58,344 bases of DNA from an uncultured Steroidobacteraceae bacterium (GTDB lineage: Bacteria; Pseudomonadota; Gammaproteobacteria; Steroidobacterales; Steroidobacteraceae). Below the pieces are notes generated by a model. It was not told where the DNA came from. It made no database searches and saw only the letters and a program-made list of their open reading frames with translations. The stretch spans positions 1 through 58,344 of the forward strand of contig CAZYPM010000001.1 in the NCBI GenBank assembly GCA_964649205.1, read 5' to 3'. Both the position numbers and the translations under genes were made by a program. This document shows, one piece after another, positions 11,039-20,427 of this stretch (positions are counted from its first letter, which is position 1; every line of letters begins with the position of its first letter).

Positions 11039-11472
11039 GCGGCCTCGACGACCTCGCACTCGAGATGCCGCGCGGCGGTCAGCGAGTTCGAGATCAGGCA
11101 GCCCTTTTCGGCTTTCTCCACCAGAAGCCGCGCGCGGTTCGCATCGGTGCCCGGTGGCACCACCAGGCGGATGCGCGTGTGGATCTGCGTGAAGCGGCTG
11201 TTGCCCTCGAATCGCTCGAGCAGGCCTTCCACGTCCGCGGTCGCCTCGCGCCACTCGAATTTCGACGCCCTCGCGATGGCGCGGAAGGTCAGCAGCACGC
11301 AGTCGCCGACCGCGGCGATCAGCATGGTCTCCGGCGACCAGTAGCCGCCCGGGCCGCCGAATTGCGGCGGCGGCAGCGACGCGATCGCGGGCAGGCCCTC
11401 GCCGGTGAGTTCGAGCGGCGCGTCCGGCGTTGCCCGCAGGCGCACTCGGTACTGGTGCGGGAAGGGATGCAT
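11035..11472 (-). CDS. OsmC/Ohr-family thiol peroxidase-like protein
   Basis: In-frame ATG 11472 of ORF 11035..11550(-). [10 protein letters not shown]..., two Cys contexts typical of the family ([11 protein letters not shown] and [10 protein letters not shown]). Start shares one base with the lipA stop (TGATG), and its stop overlaps the lipB ATG (ATGA). Confidence 0.75.
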   Translation of the reverse strand: MHPFPHQYRVRLRATPDAPLELTGEGLPAIASLPPPQFGGPGGYWSPETMLIAAVGDCVLLTFRAIARASKFEWREATADVEGLLERFEGNSRFTQIHTRIRLVVPPGTDANRARLLVEKAEKGCLISNSLTAARHLECEVVEAA

Positions 11473-12479
11473 CAGGCCAGCCCGCAGTTGTCGCCGGCGA
11501 ACGCGCGCTCGGCGCGGTAGCTCGATCGCACCATCGGCCCGGAGACGCATTCGCGGAAGCCCCGGGCGAGCGCCTCCGCGCGGTAGCGGGCGAATTCCCC
11601 GGGCGTCACGTAGCGTTCGACCGGCAGGTGATTCATCGTCGGACGCAGGTACTGGCCGAGCGTGAGCAGGTCACAGCCGGCCGCACGCAGGTCGTCCATG
11701 GTCGCGAGCAGTTCCGCTTCAGTCTCGCCGAGCCCGAGCATGAGGCTGGTCTTGGTGAGCACCTCCGGACGGTGGCGCTTGGCGTGGGCGAGCACGTCGA
11801 GCGTCTGGCGATAGCCCGCGCGCGGGTCGCGCACCGGGTGCGTGAGCCGCTCCACCGTCTCGACGTTCTGCGCGAACACCTCGAGGCCCGAGTCCACGAC
11901 CGTCTCGACGTCGGCCGTCACGCCCTGGAAATCGGGCGTGAGCGCTTCGACCGCGGTGCGCGGCGATGCGGTCTTGATCGCGCGCACGCAGGCGGCGAAG
12001 TGGCCGGCGCCGCCATCGGCAAGATCATCGCGGTTCACCGACGTCAGCACGACGTAAGCGAGGCCCATCAGCGCCACGGTGCGCGCCGCATTCGCCGGTT
12101 CCTCGGGATCGAGCCAGCCGCGCGGGTTGCCGGTGTCGACCGCGCAGAAGCGGCAGGCGCGCGTGCACACCGACCCCATCAGCATCAGCGTCGCCGTGCC
12201 CGCGTTCCAGCATTCGCCGATGTTCGGGCAGTGCGCCTCCTCGCAGACCGTCGCCAGTCGATGCTCGCGCACCGTGCGGCGCACGTCGTCGAAGCGCGCT
12301 CCCGCCGGCATCGGCGCGCGCAGCCAGCGTGGCTTGGCGCCGGGCCGGAACGGCTCGGCCGCTGCCTGCCGCTTGATGCCGTCGCGGATCGCCGTGAAGC
12401 CCTGGGGCGTCACGTACTTGTCGCCGCTGGCCGGCCGCGGACGCTCGACCTGTAGCTTGATGCCTTTGAAATCAGTCAC
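11472..12479 (-). CDS. lipA: Lipoyl synthase (radical SAM)
   Basis: Tail of ORF 11472..12890(-). [12 protein letters not shown] auxiliary cluster motif and [10 protein letters not shown] radical-SAM motif. Start taken as GTG 12479 ([14 protein letters not shown]). Confidence 0.93.
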   Translation of the reverse strand: MTDFKGIKLQVERPRPASGDKYVTPQGFTAIRDGIKRQAAAEPFRPGAKPRWLRAPMPAGARFDDVRRTVREHRLATVCEEAHCPNIGECWNAGTATLMLMGSVCTRACRFCAVDTGNPRGWLDPEEPANAARTVALMGLAYVVLTSVNRDDLADGGAGHFAACVRAIKTASPRTAVEALTPDFQGVTADVETVVDSGLEVFAQNVETVERLTHPVRDPRAGYRQTLDVLAHAKRHRPEVLTKTSLMLGLGETEAELLATMDDLRAAGCDLLTLGQYLRPTMNHLPVERYVTPGEFARYRAEALARGFRECVSGPMVRSSYRAERAFAGDNCGLA

Positions 12480-12514
12480 TTGGACAATACCGGCATGGGC
12501 AAATCGCCGCCATT

Positions 12515-13216
12515 CTAGCCGACCGGCGAGGACAGCACCGGGTGCCTGAGGCGGCCGAGCCGCAGCTCGGCATCGAGCGCAGCCAGGCGTGCCGGCGTGC
12601 CGACGTCGGTCCAGGCGCCGTGGTGGCGCTGGCCGCTGAGCCTGCCCGCCTGCAGCGCGCGATCGAGCAGCGGCTTGAGCGGAAAATCGCCGGCCGTGCA
12701 GCCGGCGAAGAGCTGCGGGTCGAGCACCGAGATGCCCGCGTAGGTCAACCGGTTCGGCAGCGGCTGGATGCTGCCGCTGGCGTCGAGGCTGTAGTCGCCG
12801 CCCGGGTGATGCGGCGGATTCTCGACCAGCACGAGGTGGGCGAGCGAACCCGCGGGACGCCTCAGCATCGCGAAGTCGAAATCGCTCCACACGTCGCCGT
12901 TGACGACCAGGAACGGCTCGTCACCGAAGTACGGCAGCGCCTTGAACAGCCCGCCGCCGGTGCCGAGCGGCTCCGGACCCTCGTCGCTGTAATGGATCGC
13001 GACGCCCGCGCGCCGCCCGTCGCCGAGCGCCTCGCGGATCTGCGCACCCAGCCACGAGAGGTTCACCACGACCTCGGCGATCCCGAGTTTCGCCAGTGCG
13101 GCCAGGTGGTACTCGATGAGGCGGTGCCCACCCGCCTCGAGCAGCGGCTTGGGCCGGGCCAGCGTCAGCGGCCGCATGCGCTCGCCGCGCCCGGCCGCGA
13201 GGATCATCGCCTTCAA
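12515..13216 (-). CDS. murU: N-acetylmuramate alpha-1-phosphate uridylyltransferase (nucleotidyltransferase)
   Basis: Tail of ORF 12515..13789(-). (L)[18 protein letters not shown]-rich loop, GTGGG, VVNGDVW. TTG 13216 overlaps the amgK stop (TTGA). ATG 13207 is the alternative. It is paired with amgK next to lptD, as in Pseudomonas. Confidence 0.8.
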   Translation of the reverse strand: MKAMILAAGRGERMRPLTLARPKPLLEAGGHRLIEYHLAALAKLGIAEVVVNLSWLGAQIREALGDGRRAGVAIHYSDEGPEPLGTGGGLFKALPYFGDEPFLVVNGDVWSDFDFAMLRRPAGSLAHLVLVENPPHHPGGDYSLDASGSIQPLPNRLTYAGISVLDPQLFAGCTAGDFPLKPLLDRALQAGRLSGQRHHGAWTDVGTPARLAALDAELRLGRLRHPVLSSPVG

Positions 13217-14256
13217 CGCGCGGTCCCCGCACGGCGCGCCGCAGCCGCGAACGCGGGCGCCACCTGCCGGCGCAGGTAGGCATCGAGGCCGGCGAGCGCC
13301 GGCTCGGCCGCGGTCGCTTCCAGCGCGTAATCGAGCACGCGCGGCAAGTCGCCGAGGTACCCCGGCTTGCCGTCGCGGTGCCACAGGCGCGCGAAGATGC
13401 CGAGCACCTTGATGTGGCGCTGCAGGCCCATGCGGTCGAACCATTGCAGGAACTGCGCGCGGCTCGCGCCCGCGTCGATGCCCGCCGCGGCGGCGAGTTC
13501 GCGATAGCGGTCGAGCCAGGCCAGCACGCGCGCCCGCGGCCAGACGACGTAGCAGTCCTTCAGCAGCGACACCAGGTCGTAGCTGACCGGACCGAGCACC
13601 GCGTCCTGGAAGTCGACGACGCCCGGATTGCCCTGTGGCCGCACCAGCAGGTTGCGCGAGTGATAGTCGCGGTGCACGAGCACCACGGGCTGCGCCAGCG
13701 CCTGATCGCAGAGCCAGTCGAATGCATCCGCGATCGCGCGGCGCTCCTCCGGTGCGGGCGCGAGTCCCAGGTGACGGCCGAGGAACCACTCCGGGAACAG
13801 TTCCATCTCCCGCATCAGGAGGTCGCGGTCATAGGGCGGCAATCCGGCCGCCGCCGCCGTGCCCGCGGCCTGCATGCGCACGATCGTGGCGATGGCGTCC
13901 TGGTACAGCGGCTCCGGGTCCGCGCCCGCGCCCAGCGCCTCGAGGTAGTGCTGGCGGCCGAGGTCCCCGATCAGCACGAATCCCTGGTCGGCGTCCGCCG
14001 CGATGACCTCGGGCACGTGCACGCCCGCAGCGGCCAGGATGCGGGCCACCTGCAGCCAGGCATGCAGCCCCTCGCGTTCGGGCGGCGCGTCCATCGCGAC
14101 CTGCGTGGCGCCGCCCTCGCGGAACACGCGGAAGTAGCGGCGGAAGCTCGCGTCCGCCGAGGCGGGCAGGATGCGCTGCACCGGCGCGCCAGGCAGGCCC
14201 GCGATCCAGCGTTCGAGGCTCTGCAATCGCAGGTCGGCGTGAGGGTTCGGGGTCAT
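13213..14256 (-). CDS. amgK: Anomeric MurNAc/GlcNAc kinase (aminoglycoside-phosphotransferase fold)
   Basis: 347 aa. SFRRYFRV, VLVHRDYHSRNLLV, VVDFQDA kinase motifs. Upstream of murU and divergent from lptD. Confidence 0.8.
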   Translation of the reverse strand: MTPNPHADLRLQSLERWIAGLPGAPVQRILPASADASFRRYFRVFREGGATQVAMDAPPEREGLHAWLQVARILAAAGVHVPEVIAADADQGFVLIGDLGRQHYLEALGAGADPEPLYQDAIATIVRMQAAGTAAAAGLPPYDRDLLMREMELFPEWFLGRHLGLAPAPEERRAIADAFDWLCDQALAQPVVLVHRDYHSRNLLVRPQGNPGVVDFQDAVLGPVSYDLVSLLKDCYVVWPRARVLAWLDRYRELAAAAGIDAGASRAQFLQWFDRMGLQRHIKVLGIFARLWHRDGKPGYLGDLPRVLDYALEATAAEPALAGLDAYLRRQVAPAFAAAARRAGTAR

Positions 14257-14291
14257 GCGCAGGCGACGGCCGGGGGGCTCGCATTATAGAC

Positions 14292-16511
14292 TTGCGCGCT
14301 ACCGTGTTTTCCCGCCGCATCATCGCCTCGCTCGCCTTCGCCCACCTGCTCGCGCCCGCCGCGGCCGAGGAATGCCCCTGGCCCGCGCCCGACGCGGTGG
14401 TGCCGGAGACCAGCCAGGACGGCGGCGTGAGGCTTGCGGCCGATGACCTTCCGATCCGGGTCACGAGCGGCGCGGCGGAAGTCGCGCGCGAGGGCGACGC
14501 CACGCTCACCGGCGGCGTCACGGTGCGCCAGGGCGACCGCACGCTGACGGCTGAGACCGCGACCTTCGATGCCTCGGAGCAGCGCTTCGAAGTCGACGGC
14601 GCCGTCGAGTTCCGCACGCCCGAGCTGCGGCTCAAGGGCTCGAGCGGCTCCTGGGCTGCCGGCGGCGGCGGCCATTTCACCGGCGCCGAGTTCGAACTGC
14701 CGCTGCGCCCGGCGCGCGGCACCGCGAGCGAGCTCGAGATGGCGGCGACCGGCGACCTCGCGCTCGACGAGGTCCGCTTCACCACCTGCCCGGCCGGCAA
14801 TGGCGACTGGTTCCTGCGCGCCTCGTCCGTCGACATCGACCAGCGCGCACAGCAGGGCCGCGGCCGCAATGTGCGCGTGACCCTCAAGGGCGTGCCGATC
14901 CTGTATGCGCCGGTCATCTCCTTTCCGGTCGGCGACGCGCGCAAGTCCGGCTTCCTGTTCCCGTCGTTCGGCAACTCGGACAAGGGTGGCTTCGAGGTCG
15001 GGGTGCCGTATTACTTCAACCTCGCGCCCAACTACGACCTGAAACTGACGCCGTTCCTGCTGTCGCGGCGCGGTGCCGGACTCGATGCGGAGTTCCGCTA
15101 CCTGACCGGGCGCAGCCGCGGCGAGATCGGCAACCGCTTCCTGCCGAGCGACAACGTCGCGAGCCGCGACCGGCGGCTGAGCGCGCTGGTGCACCGCACC
15201 GACTTCACCGACCGGCTGCGCTTCGACGCGGACTTCTCGGACGCCAGCGACGGCCTCTACTTCGAGGACTTCGGGCTGGGACCGGACGGCACCAGCATCA
15301 CCTACCTCGACCGCTTCCTGCGCCTGTCCTGGCTCGGAACCGGCTGGCGACTCGACGGCCGCGTGCAGGATTTCCAGACCATCGACCGCAGCGTGGACCC
15401 GGCGTCGCGTCCGTATTCGCGGCTGCCGCAGCTCGCTTTCACCGGCCGTTGGCCGCTGGGCACCGCTGGCGTCTCGGCCTCGCTCGACTCCGAAGCCGTC
15501 TGGTTCGAGCGCGACGTCGGCGTCACCGGCCTGCGCCTCGACTTCGCGCCGCGGCTGGCCTGGACGATGGGCGGGCCGGGATGGCACCTGGAACCGAGCG
15601 CTGCCTGGCGCATGACGGGTTACCGCCTCGAGGACACCGCGCCCGGCGAGGACGATGCGCCGGACCGCGAGGCGCCAATCCTCTCGCTGGACGCGGGTCT
15701 CGTGTTCGAGCGCGAGGCGGGCCGGCCGGGCGGCATGATGCAGACGCTCGAGCCGAGGCTGCGCTACACCTGGATCCCGTTCCGCGACCAGTCGGACCTG
15801 CCGGTCTTCGATACGGCACTGCCCGACCTCAACCTGGTGCAGCTGTTCCGCACCAACCGCTACGTCGGCGCCGACCGGCTCGGCGATGCCAACGAGCTTG
15901 CCGCCGGCATCACCACGCGCTTCGTCCACGGCGACACCGGACAGCAGTTCCTGACCGCGACCATCGGCCAGCGCTTCTTCCTCGAGCGCCCCCGGGTCAC
16001 GCTGCCGGGCGAACTGCCCGCCGCCAGGGACTCGTCCAACATGGTCGGCGAGATCGAGTTGACCGGCTGGCGCCACTGGAGCGCCCGGTTCGCGATGGAG
16101 TGGGACGACGACGAGTCGAACACGATCCTCGGCCAGGCAGGCGTGCAATACCGGCCACGCCCTGACTCGGTCGTGAACCTCGGCTACCGCTACCGCGAAG
16201 GCCTGCTGGAGCAATGGGACGCGTCGGCCGCCTGGCGGCTGTCGCCCCGCTGGCAGGCATTCGCGCGCCAGGTGTACTCGGTCAAGGAGAGCGATTCGAT
16301 CGACCGCTTCGTCGGCCTCGAATATGGCAGCTGCTGCTGGCGCTTCCGGCTGGTTGCGCGGCGCTACATCTCCAACCGCACCGGCGAGGAAGACACCTCG
16401 GTGATGCTCGAACTGGAACTCAAGGGCCTGTCCTCGGTCGGAACCCGGGATGACACTTTCCTGCAGCGGAGCATTCGTGGATACTCCCCCGGCTCCGCCG
16501 CCCTGCCCTGA
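14292..16511 (+). CDS. lptD: LPS-assembly outer-membrane protein LptD
   Basis: 739 aa with a signal peptide. GFLFPSFGNSDKGGFEVGVPYYFNLAPNYD and a long beta-barrel region. Followed by surA. TTG 14292 comes from the ORF track. GTG 14304 is the alternative start. Confidence 0.92.
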   Translation: MRATVFSRRIIASLAFAHLLAPAAAEECPWPAPDAVVPETSQDGGVRLAADDLPIRVTSGAAEVAREGDATLTGGVTVRQGDRTLTAETATFDASEQRFEVDGAVEFRTPELRLKGSSGSWAAGGGGHFTGAEFELPLRPARGTASELEMAATGDLALDEVRFTTCPAGNGDWFLRASSVDIDQRAQQGRGRNVRVTLKGVPILYAPVISFPVGDARKSGFLFPSFGNSDKGGFEVGVPYYFNLAPNYDLKLTPFLLSRRGAGLDAEFRYLTGRSRGEIGNRFLPSDNVASRDRRLSALVHRTDFTDRLRFDADFSDASDGLYFEDFGLGPDGTSITYLDRFLRLSWLGTGWRLDGRVQDFQTIDRSVDPASRPYSRLPQLAFTGRWPLGTAGVSASLDSEAVWFERDVGVTGLRLDFAPRLAWTMGGPGWHLEPSAAWRMTGYRLEDTAPGEDDAPDREAPILSLDAGLVFEREAGRPGGMMQTLEPRLRYTWIPFRDQSDLPVFDTALPDLNLVQLFRTNRYVGADRLGDANELAAGITTRFVHGDTGQQFLTATIGQRFFLERPRVTLPGELPAARDSSNMVGEIELTGWRHWSARFAMEWDDDESNTILGQAGVQYRPRPDSVVNLGYRYREGLLEQWDASAAWRLSPRWQAFARQVYSVKESDSIDRFVGLEYGSCCWRFRLVARRYISNRTGEEDTSVMLELELKGLSSVGTRDDTFLQRSIRGYSPGSAALP

Positions 16512-16523
16512 ACGGGACCCGCC

Positions 16524-17828
16524 ATGAGACGACTGCTGATCGCCCTGACCGCACTCGCGTTGCCCGCCGCGGCGCTCGCGCAGACCCGCGAGCTGTCGAC
16601 GACCGGCGTGCCGCTCGACCGGGTGGTCGCGATCGTCAACGAGGGCGTCGTGCTGCAGAGCCAGCTCGACAACCAGTCCCGGCTGATCATGGGCCGCCTG
16701 CGCGATCAGGGGACACAGTTGCCTTCCGCCGACGTCATCCGCCAGCAGGTGCTCGAGCGGCTGGTGCTGCAGGAGATCCAGATCCAGCGCGCGCAGCGGC
16801 TCGGCGTCCAGGTGTCGGACGAGATGCTGAACGAGGCGCTGCGCGACGTGGCGCGCCGGAACGGCATTCCCTTCGAGCAGATGCCGGTCGCGCTCGAGGC
16901 CCAGGGCATCGACTACGCCACCTACCGCGAGGAAATGCGCCGCGAGATCACCCTGTCGCTGCTGCGCCAGCGCGACGTGTTCCCGCGCATCCACGTCTCG
17001 CCGCGCGAGCTCGACGCGGCGCTCGAGCGCCAGGCGGGCCAGGCGGACGAGAACACCGAATACGACGTCTCGCACATCCTGCTCTCGCTGCCGGAATCGG
17101 CCACCGCCGACCAGATCGACAAGGTGGAGCTGCTCGCCCGCGACATCCATGCGCGCGCCCGCTCCGGCGAGGACTTCGGCCAGCTCGCGCTCGCCTACTC
17201 GAACGCGCAGTCCGCGCTCGAGCGCGGCAAGCTGGGCTGGCGCCGCATGGGCCAGCTCCCGCAGTTCATCGCCGAGATGATCGTGAAGATGCAGCCGGGC
17301 GACGTCAGCGAGCCGGCGCGCACGCCGACCGGCTTCCACATCGTGCGGCTCGACGAGACGCGCGGCGGGGACAGCGGACCGATGCTGGTCGAGCAGATCC
17401 ACTCGCGCCACATCCTGATGCGGCCGAACGAGGTGCAGGACGACGCCACCACGCGCCAGCGCCTGGCTGCGATCCGCGACCGCATCCTGGCCGGCGAGGA
17501 CTTCGAGGCGCTCGCGAGCGTGACCTCGGAGGACCCGGGCTCCGCCACGCGCGGCGGCGACCTGGGCTGGACTTCTCCCGGCACCTTCGACCCGCAGTTC
17601 GAGGAAGTGCTGGCCGGGCTCGGCGAGAACGAGATCAGCGAGCCGTTCCGCACGCAGTTCGGCTGGCACATCGTGCAGATGCTCGGCAAGCGCACGCACG
17701 ACCAGAGCGAGGAGGTGCGCCGCCAGCGCGTGCTGACCGCGCTGCGCGAGGGCAAGGTCGACGAGGAGACCGAGCTGTGGCTGCGAAGACTGCGCGACGA
17801 AGCCTACGTCGAGATCCGCAGCCGCTGA
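16524..17828 (+). CDS. surA: Periplasmic chaperone / PPIase SurA
   Basis: 434 aa with a signal peptide. N-terminal chaperone domain (VDRVVAIVNEGVVLQSQLD) and two parvulin-like repeats (YDVSHILL, HSRHILM). Confidence 0.93.
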   Translation: MRRLLIALTALALPAAALAQTRELSTTGVPLDRVVAIVNEGVVLQSQLDNQSRLIMGRLRDQGTQLPSADVIRQQVLERLVLQEIQIQRAQRLGVQVSDEMLNEALRDVARRNGIPFEQMPVALEAQGIDYATYREEMRREITLSLLRQRDVFPRIHVSPRELDAALERQAGQADENTEYDVSHILLSLPESATADQIDKVELLARDIHARARSGEDFGQLALAYSNAQSALERGKLGWRRMGQLPQFIAEMIVKMQPGDVSEPARTPTGFHIVRLDETRGGDSGPMLVEQIHSRHILMRPNEVQDDATTRQRLAAIRDRILAGEDFEALASVTSEDPGSATRGGDLGWTSPGTFDPQFEEVLAGLGENEISEPFRTQFGWHIVQMLGKRTHDQSEEVRRQRVLTALREGKVDEETELWLRRLRDEAYVEIRSR

Positions 17829-18805
17829 ACGCGAAGCGCCTCGTCGTCACGAGCGGCGAGCCGGCCGGCATCGGCCCCGACCTCGCCATCGCCGCCGCCC
17901 TCCCGGACCGGCCCTGCGAGCTCGTGTTCGCGGGCGACCCGGCGCTGTTTGCGGCCCGTGCCCGGGCGCTGGGCGTCGCGCTCGCCATCGGCGAATGGCG
18001 CGCCGGCCCGGCGCCCGTCCCGCATCGCGCGGGAACGATGCCGGTGCTGCCGGTGCCCCTCGCCAGCCCCGTGGTCGCCGGCCGCCCCGATCCGGCCAAC
18101 GCCCGCTACGTGCTGGCCCAGCTCGACGCGGCTGCCGACGGCTGCCGCGACGGAAGTTTCGCCGCGATGGTCACCGCGCCGTTGCAGAAGTCGGCGATCA
18201 ACGACGCCGGCATCGCATTCACCGGGCACACCGAGTACCTCGCCGCGCGTACCGGCGCCGCCCACCCGGTGATGCTGCTGGTGGCCGGGCCGCTGCGCGT
18301 GGCGCTCGCGACCACGCACCTGCCGCTGGCCGCGGTTCCGGGCGCGATCACCCGGGAATCGCTCGCGGCCACGCTCGACGTGCTGCACGCGGGCCTGCGC
18401 GACGCCTTCCGGATCGCCGCGCCGCGTCTCCTGGTCTGCGGCCTCAACCCGCACGCGGGCGAGTCCGGGCACCTCGGCCGCGAGGAAATCGAGGTCATCG
18501 CGCCCGCGGTCGCCGGCGCCCGCGCGCGCGGCATTGCCGCCACGGGTCCGGTTCCCGCGGACACGGCATTCACGCCGGCCTCGCTCGCAGGCTGCGACGC
18601 CGTGCTCGCCATGTACCACGACCAGGGCCTGCCCGTGATCAAGCATGCGGGCTTCGGCCGCGCGGTGAATGTCACGCTCGGGCTGCCGATCCTGCGCACC
18701 TCGGTGGACCACGGCACCGCGCTCGATCTCGCGGGCACCGGCCGGGCCGATCCCGGCAGCCTGTTCGAGGCGATCGCGCTGGCGCAGCGGCTGGAAAATC
18801 CCTGA
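17777..18805 (+). CDS. pdxA: 4-hydroxythreonine-4-phosphate dehydrogenase
   Basis: TSGEPAGIGPDL, FTGHTEYLA, CGLNPHAGE, MYHDQGLP. GTG 17777 has GAGGAG 8 nt upstream. It overlaps the surA end by 52 nt. Confidence 0.9.
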   Translation: MAAKTARRSLRRDPQPLNAKRLVVTSGEPAGIGPDLAIAAALPDRPCELVFAGDPALFAARARALGVALAIGEWRAGPAPVPHRAGTMPVLPVPLASPVVAGRPDPANARYVLAQLDAAADGCRDGSFAAMVTAPLQKSAINDAGIAFTGHTEYLAARTGAAHPVMLLVAGPLRVALATTHLPLAAVPGAITRESLAATLDVLHAGLRDAFRIAAPRLLVCGLNPHAGESGHLGREEIEVIAPAVAGARARGIAATGPVPADTAFTPASLAGCDAVLAMYHDQGLPVIKHAGFGRAVNVTLGLPILRTSVDHGTALDLAGTGRADPGSLFEAIALAQRLENP

Positions 18806-19587
18806 TTCACCCACGCAAGCGCTTCGGCCAGCATTTCCTGCACGACCCGGGCGTGATCGCGCGCATCGTCGCGGCGATCGACCCGCAGCCGGGCGAGCGC
18901 GTCGTCGAGATCGGGCCCGGGACCGGCGCGCTGACGCTGCCCCTGCTCGCGCGCTGCGGGCGGCTCGACGTGATCGAGATCGACCGCGACCTCGCCCGGG
19001 ACCTGCCGCGCCGCGCCGCCGGTGCGGGCGAACTGCTGGTGCACGAGGCTGACGCGCTCGAGTTCGACTTCTGCGCGCTGCAGGCCGGCGGGCCGCGGCT
19101 GCGCCTGTGCGGCAACCTGCCCTACAACATCTCGACGCCGCTGCTGTTTCACCTGCTCGAGGCGCGCGCGGCCATCGCCGACATGCATTTCATGCTGCAG
19201 AAGGAAGTCGTCGACCGGATCGTCGCCAGGCCCGGCGGCAAGGAGTACGGGCGGCTGACCGTCATGCTCGCGGCAGCCTGCCGCGCCCAATCCCTGTTCC
19301 GCGTCGGGCGCGGTGCCTTCCAGCCGCCGCCGGCGGTGGATTCGGCCGTCGTGCGCCTGGTGCCGCACGAACATCCGCCATTCCCGCTCGGCGACTCCGC
19401 GCGATTCGCGCGCCTCGTGGCGGCGGCCTTCCAGATGCGCCGCAAGACGCTGCGCAATTCGCTGCGGGGCCTGCTGGACGCAGGCGCATTCGAGGCGGCC
19501 GGCATCGATGCCGGCCGCCGTCCCGAGACGCTGTCGCCGGAGGAGTTCGCGCGGCTCGCCGGGCAGCCGGCGGCGTCCAGCCTATAA
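18802..19587 (+). CDS. rsmA: 16S rRNA (adenine1518/1519-N6)-dimethyltransferase
   Basis: Tail of ORF 17995..19587. RKRFGQHFLHD, VVEIGPGTGALT, GNLPYNISTPLLFHL. No canonical start lies before the conserved N-terminal motif. Start provisionally CTG 18802 or ATT 18805 (see findings). Confidence 0.88.
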   Translation: MIHPRKRFGQHFLHDPGVIARIVAAIDPQPGERVVEIGPGTGALTLPLLARCGRLDVIEIDRDLARDLPRRAAGAGELLVHEADALEFDFCALQAGGPRLRLCGNLPYNISTPLLFHLLEARAAIADMHFMLQKEVVDRIVARPGGKEYGRLTVMLAAACRAQSLFRVGRGAFQPPPAVDSAVVRLVPHEHPPFPLGDSARFARLVAAAFQMRRKTLRNSLRGLLDAGAFEAAGIDAGRRPETLSPEEFARLAGQPAASSL

Positions 19588-19588
19588 T
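19583..19588 (+). promoter_or_regulatory. Consensus -10 hexamer TATAAT, 6 nt upstream of ATG 19595 (contains the rsmA stop TAA)
   Basis: A perfect TATAAT in otherwise GC-rich DNA. The spacing to the second usp ATG equals the usual -10-to-TSS distance. No convincing -35. Confidence 0.35.
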
Positions 19589-20038
19589 ATGAGCATGGGC
19601 ATTTACCGCAGGGTCCTGCTGGTCGTGGACCTCGGCGAGCACAGCGAGCAGATCGGCGCGCGCGCGCGCGACCTGGCGTCGCTGCTGGGCGCGGAGCTCG
19701 CCGTGCTGCACGTGGTGGAGTACGTGCCGGTCGAGCCGATGGGCGAGACGCTCCTGCCGGCGGTGCAGATCGAGGAGGAACTGGTGCAGCGCGCGAAGCT
19801 GCAGCTGGCGCAGCTCTGCGACCGGCTCGGCATCGGCGCCGCCCGGCGCGAGGTCGCGGCCGGCAACGTCAAGGCCGAGATCGTGCGCGCCGCGCAGGAA
19901 CAGCAGGCCGACCTCATCGTGCTCGGCAGCCGCGAGCGCCGGGGTCCGTCGATCCTCGTGAATTTCACCGAGGACACGGTGCTGCACGCCGCGCCCTGCG
20001 ACGTGCTCGCGGTGCGCATCGCGAGGCCGCCGGCATGA
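19589..20038 (+). CDS. Universal stress protein (single UspA domain)
   Basis: Tail of ORF 19313..20038. M(SM)[16 protein letters not shown]...[13 protein letters not shown]...[15 protein letters not shown] 19589 or ATG 19595. Confidence 0.85.
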   Translation: MSMGIYRRVLLVVDLGEHSEQIGARARDLASLLGAELAVLHVVEYVPVEPMGETLLPAVQIEEELVQRAKLQLAQLCDRLGIGAARREVAAGNVKAEIVRAAQEQQADLIVLGSRERRGPSILVNFTEDTVLHAAPCDVLAVRIARPPA

Positions 20039-20418
20039 GCGAGCCGGACCCGCACCGGATCACCGTGGACGTGGACACGCGCTACCTCGAGGACCAGTCG
20101 GACCCCGAGGAGCGGCGCTTCGTGTTCGCCTACACGATCACGATCCGCAACCGCGGCGCGGTGCCGGCCAAGCTCCTGACCCGGCACTGGGTGATCACCG
20201 ACGCCAATGGCAAGGTCCAGGAAGTGCGTGGCGAGGGCGTGGTCGGCGAGCAACCGCACCTGATGCCGGGCCAGGGATTCCGCTACACCAGCGGCGCAGT
20301 GCTGGAGACGCCGGTCGGCGCGATGCAGGGCTCGTACCAGATGCTCGCGGACGACGGCGTGCGCTTCGACGCGCCGATCGCGCCATTCACGCTCGCGATA
20401 CCGGGCACGATCCACTAG
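20035..20418 (+). CDS. apaG: ApaG (DUF525) protein
   Basis: 127 aa. [14 protein letters not shown]...[28 protein letters not shown] overlap with usp. Followed by apaH. Confidence 0.93.
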   Translation: MSEPDPHRITVDVDTRYLEDQSDPEERRFVFAYTITIRNRGAVPAKLLTRHWVITDANGKVQEVRGEGVVGEQPHLMPGQGFRYTSGAVLETPVGAMQGSYQMLADDGVRFDAPIAPFTLAIPGTIH

Positions 20419-20427
20419 GAATCCACG

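Noticed and set aside
14253-17699. A 1148-aa ORF on the minus strand spanning lptD and surA
   Set aside because: It is antisense to two genes with unmistakable homology. Its translation is Arg/Ala/Gly/Leu-rich low-complexity sequence. Long stop-free antisense frames are expected when sense codons are GC3-rich.
17825-17827. CTG 17825 overlapping the surA stop (CTGA) as the pdxA start, which would give an E. coli-like N-terminal length
   Set aside because: GTG 17777 in the same frame has a strong GAGGAG Shine-Dalgarno 8 nt upstream, so a canonical start is available. I kept it as the call, though the shorter form cannot be excluded.
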